A stretch of DNA of 64,000 nt, from positions 95,135 to 159,134 of the forward strand of contig JALMLS010000640.1 of NCBI GenBank assembly GCA_038496445.1, read 5' to 3'. This document shows, in pieces, positions 62,701 to 64,000 of the stretch. The translations under genes were made by a program, and so were the position numbers. The stretch is from Trichosphaerium sp. ATCC 40318. Lineage: Eukaryota; Protista; Tubulinea. Within the stretch, counting starts at the first letter, position 1. Every line of letters starts with the position of its first letter. Under the pieces are notes generated by a model. That model was not told the origin of the DNA, searched no databases, and saw nothing but the letters and a program-made list of their open reading frames with translations.

Positions 62701-64000
62701 ATTCACTAAACTATTATTAGATTGTCATAAATGGCCCTAATGGCGATATGACACCTGAGATCGAGATACAAGAGGTTCCAGGGGGTACATAAGTTTATCC
62801 AAAACAAATCTTTTAGTTTTGAAAAAATTAATAATTATGGCTTTTTGCTTTTTTGGTTGATTACTTATAACTTTGTAGAGAATGGAAATTTTGTAGTATC
62901 CTATTCTCCTACTGGTAGTGGAGATCACAGTTTAACTGTGACAACAAAAGATGTTGTATTAGCAGAAAGAACAGTACGTCATGATAAAACATCCTTTTTT
63001 TTTAGCACTCGTGTGGTTTATCATGTATCACGTGATACGTGATATTTGTTCCAAAATCATTTGTGTACGAACTTTCTTTTTTTTAAAACGCTATCTATAG
63101 ATGTATGTTAGAAAAAAGAAAAAACCTGAACCAAAGCCAAAGCAACAAGTTCGAGCTTTGTCTGTTGCAAAAATCAAAATGAAAAGGAAGAAAATACGTG
63201 CACCTAAATCACAGCGTGCTGATATGTTATCTCCTTTATCGGAGGCATCTTCAAGTGAAGACCATTCTATACAAGTTCCACCTTCTTTACACCTTGATTT
63301 TAGTCATGGTGTACGAGGAGTACGTTTGAAAGACTTTCAAGAGTCAATTTGCATGAACTCACTTTTTTGTAGACTCCTTTGTTTGAAGCTTGTTATAGAG
63401 GAAGACGTGCTAAGGTTGTAAAGCGTCTCAGTAAGCCTAATGTAGATGTAAACCATAAAGAAAAAGATGGTTGGACACCTCTTCATGCAGCTGCGTATAA
63501 GGGGCATCTTGAGATTGCAAAGTAAGTTGTTTTTGCTGTATTTTTGTTATGGCTTACTGTTCTCCTTAAGGCTCTTGATTGACAATAAAGCAAGTATAAA
63601 TGTTATGTCACAACAAGGCGTTACACCGCTTTATTATGCTGCTACTGGAGGTATGTTAATTTGATTGGTTTTTTGTTGAAAGTTGCTTATCGTATTTTTT
63701 AGGGAGACTTGATATAGTAAACTATTTACTTAGTAAAGGAGCTAATCCCAACACTGGTAAGAAAGGTGGTTGGAAGCCATTACATGGCGCTTGTTCTAAG
63801 GGAAAACTTGAGTGTGTTAAGGCACTCTTAAAGTACAGAGCAGACAGTGATGCTCGCAATCGATACATCAAAGGTACAGACAGATTTGAAAACGATTTTG
63901 AAGTTCTTTGAAGTTTTACTCTGTTTTGCTTGTTATTTGTTACTTATTTGTTTTATTAAGGATATACGCCTTTGCATATTGTCATTAGCTAACAAACTTT
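59785..64000 (+). CDS. Second CH + acidic linker + filamin Ig-like + ankyrin protein (runs off the window; extra 5' exons from about 59554 possible)
   Basis: CH (DWLQRAL...IKDGVVLCKLM...HNISSFI), long acidic exon 60802-61545, filamin-like exons (ENGNFVVSYSPTGSGDHSL), ankyrins (GWTPLHAAAYKG, GVTPLYYA, GWKPLHGAC). Confidence 0.85.

Noticed and set aside
1-64000. Alternative genetic code, tRNA/rRNA genes, transposase or reverse transcriptase ORFs
   Set aside because: Conserved genes splice into open frames with standard TAA/TAG/TGA stops. No cloverleaf, rRNA or transposon-enzyme motifs were recognised.

Overview
Gene-dense, AT-rich (roughly 35% GC by eye) nuclear DNA of a microbial eukaryote. 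It uses the standard genetic code and has many short spliceosomal introns (mostly about 40-110 nt, GT-AG). The gene repertoire suggests a free-living amoebozoan-like protist, which is an inference. Manual splicing gives about 30 genes. Conserved housekeeping genes include WDR26/GID7, NOG2, eIF4A3, EAPP-like, DNA polymerase lambda, COX20 and two SDRs. There is a tandem triplet of secreted pectin-acetylesterase/Notum-like genes, two CH-filamin-ankyrin paralogs, a FYVE+CPI-motif protein, a receptor-type tyrosine-kinase-like gene, a PLA2-motif secreted protein and several orphans. Two things stand out. (1) A multi-exon protein of five Trp-rich ~70-75-aa repeats is fused to a C-terminal PD-(D/E)XK/RAP-like nuclease domain and has 11 consecutive phase-2 introns. 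(2) Five essentially intronless F-box-like genes (three LRR, one MORN-variant, one other) are scattered among intron-rich genes. Their repeats have a constant scaffold with variable surface positions, and one gene sits inside a spacer of the esterase array. Also seen: an intronic C/D snoRNA in NOG2, a structured intronic element in eIF4A3, two GC-AG introns and a strong excess of CACGTG/TCACGTGA. All gene models were spliced by eye and no database search was run.
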